The translations under genes and the position numbers were made by a program. The notes beneath the pieces are model-generated. The model ran no database searches. It was not told where the DNA came from and saw only the letters and a program-made list of their open reading frames with translations. From positions 5,440,001-5,504,000 of the forward strand of contig OZ244042.1 in NCBI GenBank assembly GCA_965215015.1: DNA of 64,000 nucleotides, written 5' to 3'. How positions within the stretch are numbered: the first letter of the stretch is position 1; each line of letters begins with the position of its first letter. The DNA is from Candidatus Poribacteria bacterium. GTDB lineage: Bacteria; Poribacteria; WGA-4E; PCPOR2b. Below are positions 1 to 10,457 of this stretch, piece by piece.

Positions 1-1167
1 GGTGTCGATAAGTTCGATATGATACTTCTCGCTACGCTGGACAATAAAATCGCCGGATAACCGGATCCCTCCTGAAACAGTAAGTTTGACTGGCTCCGAT
101 CCTTCAAAGATCAACCGCGCTGAAGCGATTGGCTTGTTTCCCTCCCCCTCAAAATGCACCATTGTTCCAATGAGAGTCGTGACATCACCGAGATTCTCCT
201 CGAGCACCTGCGGGGAAAGTTGAGTATATTTCGGGTAGTTGAGTTTGAGTTGGAAGCGGCTTAAAATTGGTGCGCGGGCAACAGTAATGTGGAAATGTTC
301 CGATTGTGTCTCTTTTACTGCGATGTAGTATTCCATTGATTGCGTAATGTTTTTAAACGTAAAGCGGTAGGCGATTTCGTTCCCGTTTCTTGTCATCAAA
401 AGATTACGCCATGCACTCGCGGATCCCATCGTTTCGCTACTATTTCCCACACGATAATAGAGATGCACGGGCGCGCCGAAGTGCCCCGTCACCTTCGCAG
501 CGATATCGACATCCGCTCCGGATTCAATTCGCACATTTCCCGGCTGGACCTCATCAATCTGGACAACAAGAATGTCCTGCGGTGTTTTGGGCAGTTCGTC
601 AAATGCTTGAGCAAAATCCTTCGCCGCGAACGGAAAAATAAAGAGTGTAATAAACAGCAGCACGAAGGTGAGGATGGCAAAACCACTATATCGCTTGAGC
701 TTCATAAACTCTTGCGAAAATACTTTCCCACCTTCGATTTCAGCCATCAATTGATGTGTGCTTTCAATCAATTTTTCAATAAAACCCAAGGCGTATCCAA
801 AGCGATTGCTCTCCATTTCTGGCTTGAGTTGGACAGTGCTCAAAATACGGTTTTCAAGTCCGGGATAATGGTTCTCAACATACGCCGCCACACGAGCATT
901 TGTAAGTTTTTGGGACACAGGACGAATCAGGTAACGGTACGCTGCGTATACACCAACCCCCAACCACAGCAATACCAGGCCCATACGGAGCGCGCGCGGC
1001 AAAGGTAGGAGCTGATCCATGATAAGAGCAACGACCAGAGCGAGAGCAAGAACACCCAACCACCGGAGTAAACTGTGAAAAAAAAGCAGTAATCGCCACT
1101 GTCTTCGCAATGAGTGCAGCCGGTTGATAATCTCTTGATAGCTTTGTTCGGTATTTGATTTCGACAC
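1..1167 (-). CDS. DUF4175-like membrane protein, 5' part (runs off window edge)
   Basis: Not in the ORF track. Read by hand from GTG at 1167 behind GGAGG: MSKSNTEQSYQEIINRLHSLRRQWRLLLFFHSLLRWLGV..., with two N-terminal TM helices and a 'VENHYPGLENRILSTVQL' motif. Lies downstream of the DUF4159 and VWA genes, as is typical. Confidence 0.75.
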   Translation of the reverse strand, partial: MSKSNTEQSYQEIINRLHSLRRQWRLLLFFHSLLRWLGVLALALVVALIMDQLLPLPRALRMGLVLLWLGVGVYAAYRYLIRPVSQKLTNARVAAYVENHYPGLENRILSTVQLKPEMESNRFGYALGFIEKLIESTHQLMAEIEGGKVFSQEFMKLKRYSGFAILTFVLLFITLFIFPFAAKDFAQAFDELPKTPQDILVVQIDEVQPGNVRIESGADVDIAAKVTGHFGAPVHLYYRVGNSSETMGSASAWRNLLMTRNGNEIAYRFTFKNITQSMEYYIAVKETQSEHFHITVARAPILSRFQLKLNYPKYTQLSPQVLEENLGDVTTLIGTMVHFEGEGNKPIASARLIFEGSEPVKLTVSGGIRLSGDFIVQRSEKYHIELIDT

Positions 1168-1292
1168 AGCGCAACCTCCATAAGTGTGATGTCAGATTTG
1201 AAAACTTGGATTATATCCAATCTATATCTCCAGCTTAAAAGATGGAGTTTTAGAGCGGAGGATTTTGATAAGTTCCTGAGCAAATCCATATC

Positions 1293-1468
1293 CCTCAACG
1301 GGCGTTGGATTTGGAAACCAAGCTCCTACACTTGCCAAGGCAATCTTGCCCGAGCGAGCACACGCATTGAATAATGAGCACCTCTCAAACAAATAACCCT
1401 GTTCGTAGTAGCGCAATTCATTGCGCGTTTGTTCCTATCCGTGACCTCTGCTAAAGCCGCGATGCAAC
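1293..1468. repeat. ~175-bp dispersed composite repeat, copy 1 (copy 2 at ~15551-15730)
   Basis: ctcaacgggcgttgg..ggaaaccaagc..cctaca..cttgcccgag..acacgcattgaataatgagcacctctcaaa..aaccctgttcgtagtagcgcaattcattgc..cctatccgtg..gctaaagccgcgat is shared by both copies. Confidence 0.9.
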
Positions 1469-1510
1469 TTTGGCTCATGTTAAATATGTTAAATGAGGTT
1501 CTCTTTTTAC

Positions 1511-2221
1511 TCAGTGCGTCAGCACATAAACCGCAATATTTACCGCCATCTGCGCGGCAAGCTCGCGGACCTGCTGCGTATCGTTAGGATGAACCTTCGG
1601 ATCTTCCAGTCCATCCCCAATGTCTGAGCTGTAGACGTAGTAAACGACCATTCGACCTTCATGGAATAACCCAAAGCCCTGCGCGGGTTCCCCGTCGTGT
1701 TCGTGAATCTTCGGAAGCCCTTTAGGAAAATCGTAGAAACAGTGGTAAATAAGGTGTGAGTTCGGTATAGGTTGAAGCGACTGATTGGGAAACACGCGGC
1801 GTATTTCACGACGGAAACTCTCATCTAACCCGTAATCGTCATTGACAAAAAGGAAACCGCCATGCGTTAAATAAAAGCGCAATGCCTCAACCTCCTCCTC
1901 AGCGAGGCGAATGTTGCCATGACCCACAATGTAGAGCATCGGATATTGGTACAGGTGCCGATCCGTCAACTTCACAATCACACGCTCCTCCGCTGCTTCA
2001 ATATCCGTTCTGATGCGAAGAATCTTCAGCCAGTTGGCAATGGTGGTCTGATCGCCGTACCAATCGCCGCCTCCGCCGTATTGAACCTGGGCAATCACAA
2101 ATTGCTCGCCAGCACTTTGTGCGGATCCAATCAAGAGAACTAAACTCAATAAGGCCCAAAATGTCAAACACGATGCGTGATTCATTTGATACTTAGCTGT
2201 TTTTGCTATCGTATCCTTCAA
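1511..2221 (-). CDS. DUF4159 domain-containing exported protein
   Basis: Signal peptide; motifs GGGDWY, YPMLYIVGHG, GGFLFVNDDYG, GLPKIHEHDG, SDIGDG. Confidence 0.85.
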   Translation of the reverse strand: MKDTIAKTAKYQMNHASCLTFWALLSLVLLIGSAQSAGEQFVIAQVQYGGGGDWYGDQTTIANWLKILRIRTDIEAAEERVIVKLTDRHLYQYPMLYIVGHGNIRLAEEEVEALRFYLTHGGFLFVNDDYGLDESFRREIRRVFPNQSLQPIPNSHLIYHCFYDFPKGLPKIHEHDGEPAQGFGLFHEGRMVVYYVYSSDIGDGLEDPKVHPNDTQQVRELAAQMAVNIAVYVLTH

Positions 2222-2222
2222 A

Positions 2223-4487
2223 CTACACCAGTCCTCTCCGCACGCGCAAAAACCATTCCGTCCCTAAGAACCCAACCGCAAGAATCAGGACAATCGGGTT
2301 ATCCCACAATTCGCGTTCTTGAACCGCAAAGACAGACTCTTGAAGCGGTTTAATCTTATCAGGTAAAGACGTTGCATCAGCAATTGGCGTATAAAGCCCC
2401 CCGGTTGTGGCTGCAAGCTGTTTAAGTAAATCTTCATTGAGTTGTGGATTCTCAAACTCCGCTACAGGAGATTCGACAAAGATTTCCGTTACATCCTCAC
2501 CAAGTGGGGCTGAGTGATCTACCCCCGAAACGCGAATTCGGTATGCCCCTTTTTGGTTTGCACGAAACTGGGCACGATAGGTGCCGGGGCTCTGTAAATT
2601 TGCACTCGTTTGAACTTGAAAACGCTTGCCATCCGGCGGTATCACTTCAATTGTAAGATTTGCGGCGACCATCGGTTGATAGCTCTCATTATAAGCATAC
2701 GTAGTGATTTGAACTTCATCGCCAACAGAATAGGTTGTCAAATCTGTTGTGACGTTGATTTGTTTGGTATCCGTTCGTGTTGCCATCCAACGAATCATCT
2801 GCCCCCAAAAGCGAGGATAGGTATCATCCTCATCTTTGAAATTCCAAACGCCAAACCTCCAATTCCATAGACCTTCGGCTGCGATTAGGAGGCTTTTCCC
2901 CAAGCCTACCCGTTGAAAGATGATAATCGGCAGCGTTCTCTGATTGTTGTCTGAACGGTACTCGGCGAGTGTTGTTGTCCCTCCCTTAAGCTCAAATCCA
3001 CTCAACCGGCGCGACAGCGGTGGCAAATCACGCCATAACCCTTCGACCTTTGCCGGCGTATCTTCCAAACGAGTGATCGGATGGTACATCCCCTGTTGCG
3101 TTAATTGAAGGCTAAAATCCTCAGCCCGTACGTAGCAACCGTTGGGAGGTATAACAATCGGCAGCAGCGCAGCAAGCTCGGTTTTCCTAAAACCATCAGG
3201 ACCAAGCGAGTTGCGTCCACCGAGAAATATGACCGCTTTCCCCTCTTTTTCCACGAAATCCACGATCGCTGTATGCTGTTGCCGAGTGAGCGTCCTTGAA
3301 CGAAGATCGCCAATGATAAGTACATCGTAAAACAGTAAGTCGTCAACTGTTTTCGGAAAACGGGAGACACGAGCTGGCTGAGTTGTCTGTGGGTAATACC
3401 GATCATAACGAGCTAACAGCGTTCCACGCAGCTGATTGGATGATCGGCTCGATAGAATGACGCAGGTCGGATCAATGTTTGGATCACGTTCAAGCGCACG
3501 TTTGAGAAAGGCATATTCCCAGCCGGGCTGCCCTTCAATATAAAGCAGGTGTAACTTCGTCTTGATTACTTTGAGTGGAAACGCTCGCGTATTGTTTTCA
3601 GCGGTCAGCTCACCCTCAAGCACGGGAACGGAAACGACGTATTGGAAGGTCCCCTCCTGTTGCGGATTCAGAGCGAACTCAATCGTTTGTTTCGGCTCAT
3701 CCGTTAGCCGAATCGGCACTGTATCCACAATCTGGTCGTTCATCATGAGTGAAACACGCGTCTGACTCCCTGAATAGCCTGTATGATGTACAGTAACGCG
3801 GATCGGCACATCGTGCTCCATGTAGGCAATAGGGCTAACTTCAACGCTGGAAAGCTTGAGATCTTTTGGCGGCTCAGGGTTTCCAATACCGACCGCGTAG
3901 ATAGGAATTTGCGTCTCAGCCACCTTTTCCACCACAGATGTTGAGGCGTTGTGTGCCCCATCGGTTAGCAGGACTACCCCCGCCAGCAATTGACCGCGCC
4001 ACTCCCTAGCAGCATCATAAATTGAGGTGGCTATATCGGTTAATCCTCCCACTGCATCGAGCGAACTAATCTCACTCGAAACTTGGTGGGGTTGTTTATC
4101 AAATCGGTACAGGTGAACATCAAATCGGTCAACGAGGGTTGGGAGAAAACGACTGGTTGGATTAAATAAGATACGGTTCACTAGGTCTAACCGTGTCGAA
4201 GGCCGCCCTGCCAGCTCAACATCTTTAAATTGCATGCTTTGGGAGGTGTCCGCAAGAACCAGCAGGTTTGTTGGCGGGGTGATATCTTTACGTTCAATCA
4301 GCACCGGCTCAAGGAGGCAAATCAGCAACACGAGTGCTGCTAAAATTCGTAAGCCGATAAGGAGTGCTCTAAACCTTTGACTCAGTGGGCGTTTCAAGCG
4401 GAGATACCCATACGCCGTAATAACAACCATGATGATTAGCCCAAGTGCAACCGCCCACCATGGCCACAGATAAGTAAATCGCATCAA
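2223..4487 (-). CDS. Membrane protein with VWA and glutamine-amidotransferase-like (DUF1355-type) domains
   Basis: Two N-terminal TMs, MIDAS-like DTSQSM and LLTDG motifs, YIEGQPGWEY motif, C-terminal TM ending EWFLRVRRGLV. Confidence 0.8.
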   Translation of the reverse strand: MMRFTYLWPWWAVALGLIIMVVITAYGYLRLKRPLSQRFRALLIGLRILAALVLLICLLEPVLIERKDITPPTNLLVLADTSQSMQFKDVELAGRPSTRLDLVNRILFNPTSRFLPTLVDRFDVHLYRFDKQPHQVSSEISSLDAVGGLTDIATSIYDAAREWRGQLLAGVVLLTDGAHNASTSVVEKVAETQIPIYAVGIGNPEPPKDLKLSSVEVSPIAYMEHDVPIRVTVHHTGYSGSQTRVSLMMNDQIVDTVPIRLTDEPKQTIEFALNPQQEGTFQYVVSVPVLEGELTAENNTRAFPLKVIKTKLHLLYIEGQPGWEYAFLKRALERDPNIDPTCVILSSRSSNQLRGTLLARYDRYYPQTTQPARVSRFPKTVDDLLFYDVLIIGDLRSRTLTRQQHTAIVDFVEKEGKAVIFLGGRNSLGPDGFRKTELAALLPIVIPPNGCYVRAEDFSLQLTQQGMYHPITRLEDTPAKVEGLWRDLPPLSRRLSGFELKGGTTTLAEYRSDNNQRTLPIIIFQRVGLGKSLLIAAEGLWNWRFGVWNFKDEDDTYPRFWGQMIRWMATRTDTKQINVTTDLTTYSVGDEVQITTYAYNESYQPMVAANLTIEVIPPDGKRFQVQTSANLQSPGTYRAQFRANQKGAYRIRVSGVDHSAPLGEDVTEIFVESPVAEFENPQLNEDLLKQLAATTGGLYTPIADATSLPDKIKPLQESVFAVQERELWDNPIVLILAVGFLGTEWFLRVRRGLV

Positions 4488-4516
4488 ATTTCCTTCTTCA
4501 GTTTCGATTTTAGAGA

Positions 4517-4545
4517 ATTATACCTTATACCGAAAACACCGTCAA
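4517..4545 (-). promoter_or_regulatory. sigma70-type promoter for the VWA/DUF4159 operon
   Basis: TTGACG-17-TATAAT on the minus strand, about 30 nt upstream of the ORF. Confidence 0.7.
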
Positions 4546-4616
4546 CCGAAATCCCAGCACGGATTGCGGTACAACAGGTTTCAAGCCCCTCTGCTTCTAC
4601 TAGCCCCCCCAATCAT

Positions 4617-4733
4617 GGCTCATGTTAAGAAATCATGCAACAGAAACCGATTGGGTTCATTAATGAACCAATGAACAGATAGTTTTCACGTTTCACGATT
4701 CTTGGCGTTTTACACTTTCTTTTGACATGATCC
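4617..4733. mobile_element. MITE-like element, family A
   Basis: Left end GGCTCATGTTAAGAAATCATGCAAC, right end TTTTACACTTTCTTTTGACATGATCC (imperfect TIR). Related ends occur at 26022, 29539 and 41668. Confidence 0.65.
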
Positions 4734-4745
4734 TCTTTTTTAGGG

Positions 4746-4774
4746 TTGACAAGGAAATCCATCTTCTGTAGAAT
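4746..4774 (+). promoter_or_regulatory. sigma70-type promoter
   Basis: TTGACA-17-TAGAAT. Confidence 0.75.
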
Positions 4775-4957
4775 TAGCGTTATTTCACTCAGTCAATGGC
4801 ATGTGCACTCACTACTTTAACGTAAGAGCATTTAGTTCTCCTGTAGGTTGAAAACTCCTCCGATCGGAGTCCACGAGAATCGGAACGGAGAGGGATTTCC
4901 GTATTCCGGCACCTCACTTTAAGTCAAACCATTGACTCGAAGCACACGAGTAAGGGG

Positions 4958-5491
4958 GTGGAGCCAATTCAATCGTCACCCATATTAGATAGAATTTACG
5001 CGATAACGTTGAGTTTCAGAGGGGAAATGATTCCAGCGGAAATTGTTCTGAGCCCCGAAACACATCAAAAGATTGTGGCAGAATCTAACTTCCAGCAGGG
5101 GCTTGGGTCAAAAAAAGATCCGGTGTCTGTGCTTAAAGGTGCTTTCTCAATTCCAATCACAATTCGAGAAGAGGACACGGACATTATCGTTGTAAAAGGA
5201 CTATATCCAAACCCTTGCCCGGTTTGTGGACGTCGTATTCCCTTCCTGCGAGAGATGATTGAACGTATTGAATCCCGTTCCCTTAGACGCATCCGCTGCC
5301 CACTGGGACATCGCTACGAAGGGGAAATTAAAGTATACTACCTGAACATCTTTCAGGAAAATCAGTTGGAAGCCAAAACAATTCAAACATGCCCACAATG
5401 CGGGAGCGAGAATGTGCAGAATCTAAGCCAAACCGATATCTTCTGCCTCGATTGTGAGTGGGATAACCTGAAGCATATTCACGACGCTTAG
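4958..5491 (+). CDS. Hypothetical protein with two zinc-ribbon modules
   Basis: CPVC...CPLGH and CPQC...CLDC motifs; GTG start after AAGGGG. Confidence 0.7.
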   Translation: MEPIQSSPILDRIYAITLSFRGEMIPAEIVLSPETHQKIVAESNFQQGLGSKKDPVSVLKGAFSIPITIREEDTDIIVVKGLYPNPCPVCGRRIPFLREMIERIESRSLRRIRCPLGHRYEGEIKVYYLNIFQENQLEAKTIQTCPQCGSENVQNLSQTDIFCLDCEWDNLKHIHDA

Positions 5492-5548
5492 GGCGGACAT
5501 TAATGAGAGAAGGCGACGGGAAAGCAGGATGCTCTCCCATATAAAAAT

Positions 5549-5590
5549 AAAAAAAGCCATGCTGCCGTTATATGACAGCATGGCTTTTTC
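5549..5590. terminator. Bidirectional Rho-independent terminator
   Basis: aaaaaagccatgctg-ccgttatatga-cagcatggcttttt between convergent genes. Confidence 0.85.
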
Positions 5591-5642
5591 GCGCCCCGAT
5601 AGCGGACTCAGGGAACAGGATAGGGCTATTACCTTGTGAGGA

Positions 5643-7280
5643 TTAATGGTGGTGACCATGGTGATGACCATGCTGATGCCCATGGTCTTCGGGTTCTTCC
5701 TCTACCTCTGTGATTAATGTCTCGGTTGTCAACAGCAATCCTGCGACACTCGCCCCATTTTGAATGGCGGATCGCACGACCTTCGTTGGATCAACAATCC
5801 CTGCCTCAAGCAAATCTCCATACTCTCCGGTTGCAGCGTTCAAACCGTAGCTTCCCTCACCATCTTTGACTTTCGCAGCGACGACGGACCCTTCCAATCC
5901 AGCGTTTTCAGCAATGATTCGGATGGGAGATTCCAGAACTCTTCGGACAATGTTCACACCGGTCCCTTGATCGCCTTCAAGATGAAAACGCTCAAGTGCG
6001 GAATCTGCTCTTAGCAGTGCAATGCCCCCACCAGTGACAATTCCCTCTTCAACGGCTGCGCGAGTTGCGGACAAGGCATCTTCAAATCGTGCCTTTTTCT
6101 CCTTCATCTCCACTTCCGTTGCGGCACCAACATTGACAACAGCAACGCCACCGGCGAGTTTGGCAAGGCGCTCCTCCAACTTTTCCCGATCATAATCGGA
6201 GGTCGTCTCCTCAATCTGTTGCCGAATCTGTCCAATCCGTGCCTGAACATCCTCCGTAGTCCCGGCTCCTCCAACAATCGTTGTGTTATCTTTATCGACA
6301 ATAACACGCCTCGCACTTCCCAACATACCGACCACAACATTCTCCAAACGGATACCAATATCCTCTGAAATCACCTGACCATCGGTGAGGATACCAATAT
6401 CTGCCAACATCTCCTTGCGACGGTCTCCAAAACCGGGGGCTTTCACTGCAACAGCCCTAAGCCCACCGCGCAGTTTGTTCACCACCAATACCGCTAAAGC
6501 CTCTCCTTCAATGTCTTCAGCAATAATCACCAGCGGACGCCCCAGTTGACCGACCTTTTCTAAAACTGGAACCAAATCGTTAACTGCGCTGATTTTGTCG
6601 GTGTTAATCAGGATAAGCGGATCCTCCAACTCTGCAACCATAGTCTCGGAGTCTGTCACAAAGTGGGCGGAGAGATAGCCGCGATCAAATTGCATGCCTT
6701 CAACGATATCGACCTCTGTTTGAGCACCCTTGCCATCTTCAATCGTAATTACGCCATCTTTCCCAACTTTTTCCATCGCATCGGCAACGGTCTGGCCAAT
6801 GTCGCTACGATTAGCGTTATCATTGGCGGCAATTGATGCGACCTGTGCAATCTCATCGCTCGTGCTGACCGAATTGCTCTGTTTTCGGAGTTCACCCACA
6901 ACGACTCCCGCCGCTTTATCAATCCCAATTTTCAGCTGCATCGGATCGGCACCCGCAGCAACGTTTTTGAGCCCCTCGTTAACGATTTGTTGTGCTAACA
7001 GAGTCGCTGTAGTAGTACCATCTCCAACAGCGTCATTGGTCTTAGTAGCGACAGATTTCAATAGTTGGGCGCCCATATTCTCATAATGATCTGGGAGATC
7101 AATTTCCTTGGCTACCGTAACGCCGTCACTTGTAATGACAGGTGCTCCAAAGGATTTCTGGAGAACGACATTTCTCCCCCGAGGTCCCAACGTGACTTTC
7201 ACAGCGTTTGCCAGCGCATCTGCCCCTTGCTTAAGGGCATTCCTCGCCTCTACATCAAAAATCAGCTGCTTTGCTGCCAT
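5643..7280 (-). CDS. groEL: Chaperonin GroEL (Cpn60) with His-rich C-terminus
   Basis: [41 protein letters not shown]; tail [14 protein letters not shown]. Confidence 0.98.
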   Translation of the reverse strand: MAAKQLIFDVEARNALKQGADALANAVKVTLGPRGRNVVLQKSFGAPVITSDGVTVAKEIDLPDHYENMGAQLLKSVATKTNDAVGDGTTTATLLAQQIVNEGLKNVAAGADPMQLKIGIDKAAGVVVGELRKQSNSVSTSDEIAQVASIAANDNANRSDIGQTVADAMEKVGKDGVITIEDGKGAQTEVDIVEGMQFDRGYLSAHFVTDSETMVAELEDPLILINTDKISAVNDLVPVLEKVGQLGRPLVIIAEDIEGEALAVLVVNKLRGGLRAVAVKAPGFGDRRKEMLADIGILTDGQVISEDIGIRLENVVVGMLGSARRVIVDKDNTTIVGGAGTTEDVQARIGQIRQQIEETTSDYDREKLEERLAKLAGGVAVVNVGAATEVEMKEKKARFEDALSATRAAVEEGIVTGGGIALLRADSALERFHLEGDQGTGVNIVRRVLESPIRIIAENAGLEGSVVAAKVKDGEGSYGLNAATGEYGDLLEAGIVDPTKVVRSAIQNGASVAGLLLTTETLITEVEEEPEDHGHQHGHHHGHHH

Positions 7281-7456
7281 AATGCTCCTCCTTAGTATAC
7301 TTTAACTAATCTTAAAAAATAAACGTGTGTTTCTCCGAATCTTGAAACCGGATTTACGCAGTTCATTAGCAAAGCTCAATGGTAGAAAGGCTATCTCCTC
7401 CGTAAATCCTATCAAAGACAGGCCTATAATATAACAATTTCAAAAATCAAGCCTTT

Positions 7457-7483
7457 TTAGCACTCTCACACGGTGAGTGCTAA
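7457..7483. promoter_or_regulatory. CIRCE element (HrcA operator)
   Basis: Exact TTAGCACTC-N9-GAGTGCTAA upstream of groEL. Confidence 0.97.
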
Positions 7484-7494
7484 AAACAGGCGAA

Positions 7495-7523
7495 ATTATA
7501 TCATTACTGTTTCCCAAAGTCAA
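7495..7523 (-). promoter_or_regulatory. groEL sigma70-type promoter
   Basis: TTGACT-17-TATAAT with extended -10 TG, immediately upstream of CIRCE. Confidence 0.85.
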
Positions 7524-7999
7524 CCTGAATCTCAACCAGATTCAGGTTTATCCCTTGCCCGGACCGGCAATCAGTGATAAAATGATTTTGTTGAATTGCA
7601 CATCACGGTGCACGACGCCTCACGAATGCCATAAATTGGGCAATTTTGCACTGACACTGTGGCAAAAAATCTACAACGTAAGTCGAAAGTCGTCTAATGT
7701 TACCTCAATAGGAACCGATGCAAATCAGTCCGACAATTGGCGAAATTGAGGATATTCGCTAAATTTTGGAGTCACCGAGAAGGCTCAATACCCCTAGCGA
7801 TTTATCCCGCTGATCGATGGTACAATTCTTGCTAGAATAATCGTGATATGCCTCATATCTAGTTTGATACAAATAGCAAATGATTACTTCAGATGGATAA
7901 CGGCCCGCACCGTCATAGTATTTCAACCGTTTCGTATCGTCGGATAATCTCATAATATGCCCCTCCGCGAGCGGGTAGACATTGAAAGGAGTATGAAAA

Positions 8000-9148
8000 T
8001 TGAACAGCGTATTTCTGAAAGACATGGCTTATCGCAAGGCGCGGGTCATTCTCACCACGATAGGCATCACGGTATTGATTGCTCTCATTTTAATGATAGG
8101 GGGCATCATGAACGGTATGCGAATCCAAGCACAACAGTACCCTACATTCACAGGAGCGGATATTTGGATTTCCGCAGAGGGCTCCGGCAGCGCATTTATC
8201 GGCTTCTCTCTGCTTGTCCCAGAGCACCTTCCCTATCTTGATGAGGCCCTGCCTTTGAAGCCAAAATCCGCCTCACCGCTCGTTTTCGCACAAGCGCGCC
8301 CTGTGATTCGAGGGAAACTTGGCAAAGCAATTGTTGTGGGATATAAGCTGGGCAAATTAGGGGGGCCGACACAGTTTGAACTCACCGAGGGACGATTATT
8401 TACGCCCAGCGAATATGAAGAGTGGTCGGAAGCGGATATCCCGCTGCGTGAGGTTGTGGTTGATGAAAAAATGAACCTCGAAATCGGAGAACGAATTTTG
8501 ATCGGGAACAAGGACCTCAAAGTGGTTGGAAAAGCTAAGAGCCTGATGTTTGTCCTCGACACGCCGCTGCTGTTCATGGATCTGCGGACAGCACAAGAAG
8601 TATTGCTCAAAAACTCGCTCCACGTCAATATGATGATAGCTCAAGCGGCGGAGGGGTTTACTCCTGAGCGAGCCGCGAAAGAACTCGAAAACTTCGATGC
8701 GGAGTTCAAAACAATTGACGTCCGTACCCTTAGGCAAACACTCGGCGATATTATCGATACCTATGTGGATGAACCGATGAAAGCTGTTCAATTCCTACGG
8801 GTAATGCTCTGGATCGCCGCGGGGCTTATCGTTGGAATGATTACCTACGTCACAACGCTCGAAAAAACGCAAGAGATTGGTGTCCTCAAAGCAATAGGGG
8901 CGTCCAATCTTTACATTTTATCGCTAATAATCAAGCAGGTTGTTTTCATGTCAGTGATTGGCGTTATTTGTGGATTGATTTTATCGTATATCTTTGCTGT
9001 TGCTGCACCAATCTTCGTTTCAATTCACCCGGTCGAATCAGCGATTGTCGCGCTGATCAGCTTTGTTGTGTGTTGCGCCGGCGGTTATCTCGCTGGGCGA
9101 AAAGCAATCACTGTTGACCCAATGGTCGCATTTAGAGGAGAGGTGTAA
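8000..9148 (+). CDS. ABC transporter permease, MacB/FtsX family
   Basis: N-terminal TM, periplasmic domain, EIGVLKAIGA motif and three C-terminal TMs. Confidence 0.9.
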   Translation: MNSVFLKDMAYRKARVILTTIGITVLIALILMIGGIMNGMRIQAQQYPTFTGADIWISAEGSGSAFIGFSLLVPEHLPYLDEALPLKPKSASPLVFAQARPVIRGKLGKAIVVGYKLGKLGGPTQFELTEGRLFTPSEYEEWSEADIPLREVVVDEKMNLEIGERILIGNKDLKVVGKAKSLMFVLDTPLLFMDLRTAQEVLLKNSLHVNMMIAQAAEGFTPERAAKELENFDAEFKTIDVRTLRQTLGDIIDTYVDEPMKAVQFLRVMLWIAAGLIVGMITYVTTLEKTQEIGVLKAIGASNLYILSLIIKQVVFMSVIGVICGLILSYIFAVAAPIFVSIHPVESAIVALISFVVCCAGGYLAGRKAITVDPMVAFRGEV

Positions 9149-9174
9149 TCCGCGAAAGTGAACGCAAATTGCTA

Positions 9175-9197
9175 GTAGTAGGCATACGCCGTATGCC
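9175..9197 (+). repeat. GTAG-led REP-like hairpin
   Basis: GTAGTAGGCATAC-GCC-GTATGCC; relatives at 21541-21562 (minus), 37659-37683 and 50958-50983. Confidence 0.8.
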
Positions 9198-9260
9198 CTA
9201 ACCCTTGTGCAAACCAAGGGAAGCAGCTGCGTGAATTGCTATAGAGTAGGGAGGAATCTA

Positions 9261-9935
9261 ATGGGAGTCGTGGTCGAAGGAAAAGGGTTAACAAAACATT
9301 TTGGAGACGGAGATGCAAGGGTCATCGCTGTTGACCAAGTTGATATCGCCATCGAAGAGGGCGAATTGATGATGTTCATGGGAGACAGCGGTTGTGGTAA
9401 GACCACGCTAATCAGTCTACTCGGTTGTATCCTCACACCGAGCGAAGGTGACGTTTGGATTGACGGGCAACAAATCGATTACGCAAATCACGATCTGTCC
9501 CAACTTCGCAGTGAGAAGATTGGTTTTGTCTTTCAGCTATTTAACCTTATTCCGTACCTAACAGCAATAGAAAATGTGATGGTCGCCATGGACATTGCCG
9601 GGCTCAAGAGCAACGAAGCGGAGACCCGCGCGACGGAGCTGCTCACTCAGATTGGACTGAAACAGCGTTTGTACCATCGGCCCGCCCAGCTTTCAGGCGG
9701 CGAAAAACAGCGCGTTTCCTTCGCACGCGCCCTTGCCAACAATCCCAAAATAATCTTTGCTGATGAACCCACTGCAAATCTTGACAGCCGGCAGAGTGCC
9801 AATCTGATGAACCTTGTTCGTGAACTACGCCAAGAACACCAGACCACAATTGCAATCGTAACGCATCACGAAGGCTTAAAGAAAGATGCGGATCGGGTGA
9901 TTCAAATGAAAGATGGACAACTTGTGTCGGTGTAG
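9261..9935 (+). CDS. ABC transporter ATP-binding protein, LolD/MacB type
   Basis: [32 protein letters not shown]; ATG at 9261 after GGAGG. Confidence 0.92.
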   Translation: MGVVVEGKGLTKHFGDGDARVIAVDQVDIAIEEGELMMFMGDSGCGKTTLISLLGCILTPSEGDVWIDGQQIDYANHDLSQLRSEKIGFVFQLFNLIPYLTAIENVMVAMDIAGLKSNEAETRATELLTQIGLKQRLYHRPAQLSGGEKQRVSFARALANNPKIIFADEPTANLDSRQSANLMNLVRELRQEHQTTIAIVTHHEGLKKDADRVIQMKDGQLVSV

Positions 9936-9979
9936 CGCGGAAAGACTCATTATAGGGGTGGTGATATAACTCAAGTTGT

Positions 9980-10457
9980 TAGGGCATGCTGACATTTTGC
10001 TGTCTAAGCCCCCCTCAGCCCCGAATACCCATACGGTATCAGACCGTTCTAGGCTCAATGAGTCAGGAACTGACGGACAACCCACCGGGTATTTAGCAGG
10101 GGGAGGAGACGCGGAGCGTGCCGACTTCTATCGGATGAACTGTGGTTGCACGATGAATCACCGAACTATAAATAAATTTAACAATTCGTAGGTTGAGTTT
10201 CCTCGCTCAACCGATGTTGCAGGCACAAAGTCGAGCGAGACGTCCGACCTGCTAGTGTTTGCCTCAACCTGTCGGTCGAGATTAACACCTCGACAAAGCC
10301 TCAGACTATCGCGCTACGTTCTCGGTATTGTCGATTTTGGCAGATCGACCTACACAAGTCCCAAGTTGCTTTGAATCCCGATTTTATCGGGGTGCATCAG
10401 ATTGAAAACTCTCGGAACGGAGATCGGTTCAATTTGTCAACTGTCAACAGAACCTAG
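9980..10457. mobile_element. MITE-like element, family C
   Basis: Left TAGGGCATGCTGACATTT against right TGTCAACAGAACCTAG. The internal TAGGCTCAAT..CAGGAA.TGACG..TTTAGCAG block is shared with 21465-21771. Confidence 0.6.

Noticed and set aside
340-1008. 222-aa plus-strand ORF (also the 875-1174 and 927-1298 minus-strand ORFs)
   Set aside because: These are shadow or alternative frames of the real minus-strand gene starting at 1167, which the track missed because it runs off the edge.
7530-7990. Possible groES or riboswitch in the groEL-ABC spacer
   Set aside because: No GroES-like translation and no recognisable aptamer.
10290-10325. AGCCTCAG..GCTACGTT resembling the IscB omega-RNA/HEARO core
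   Set aside because: Only two short words match; there is no IscB/TnpB ORF and no full scaffold, and the site is embedded in REP/MITE sequence.
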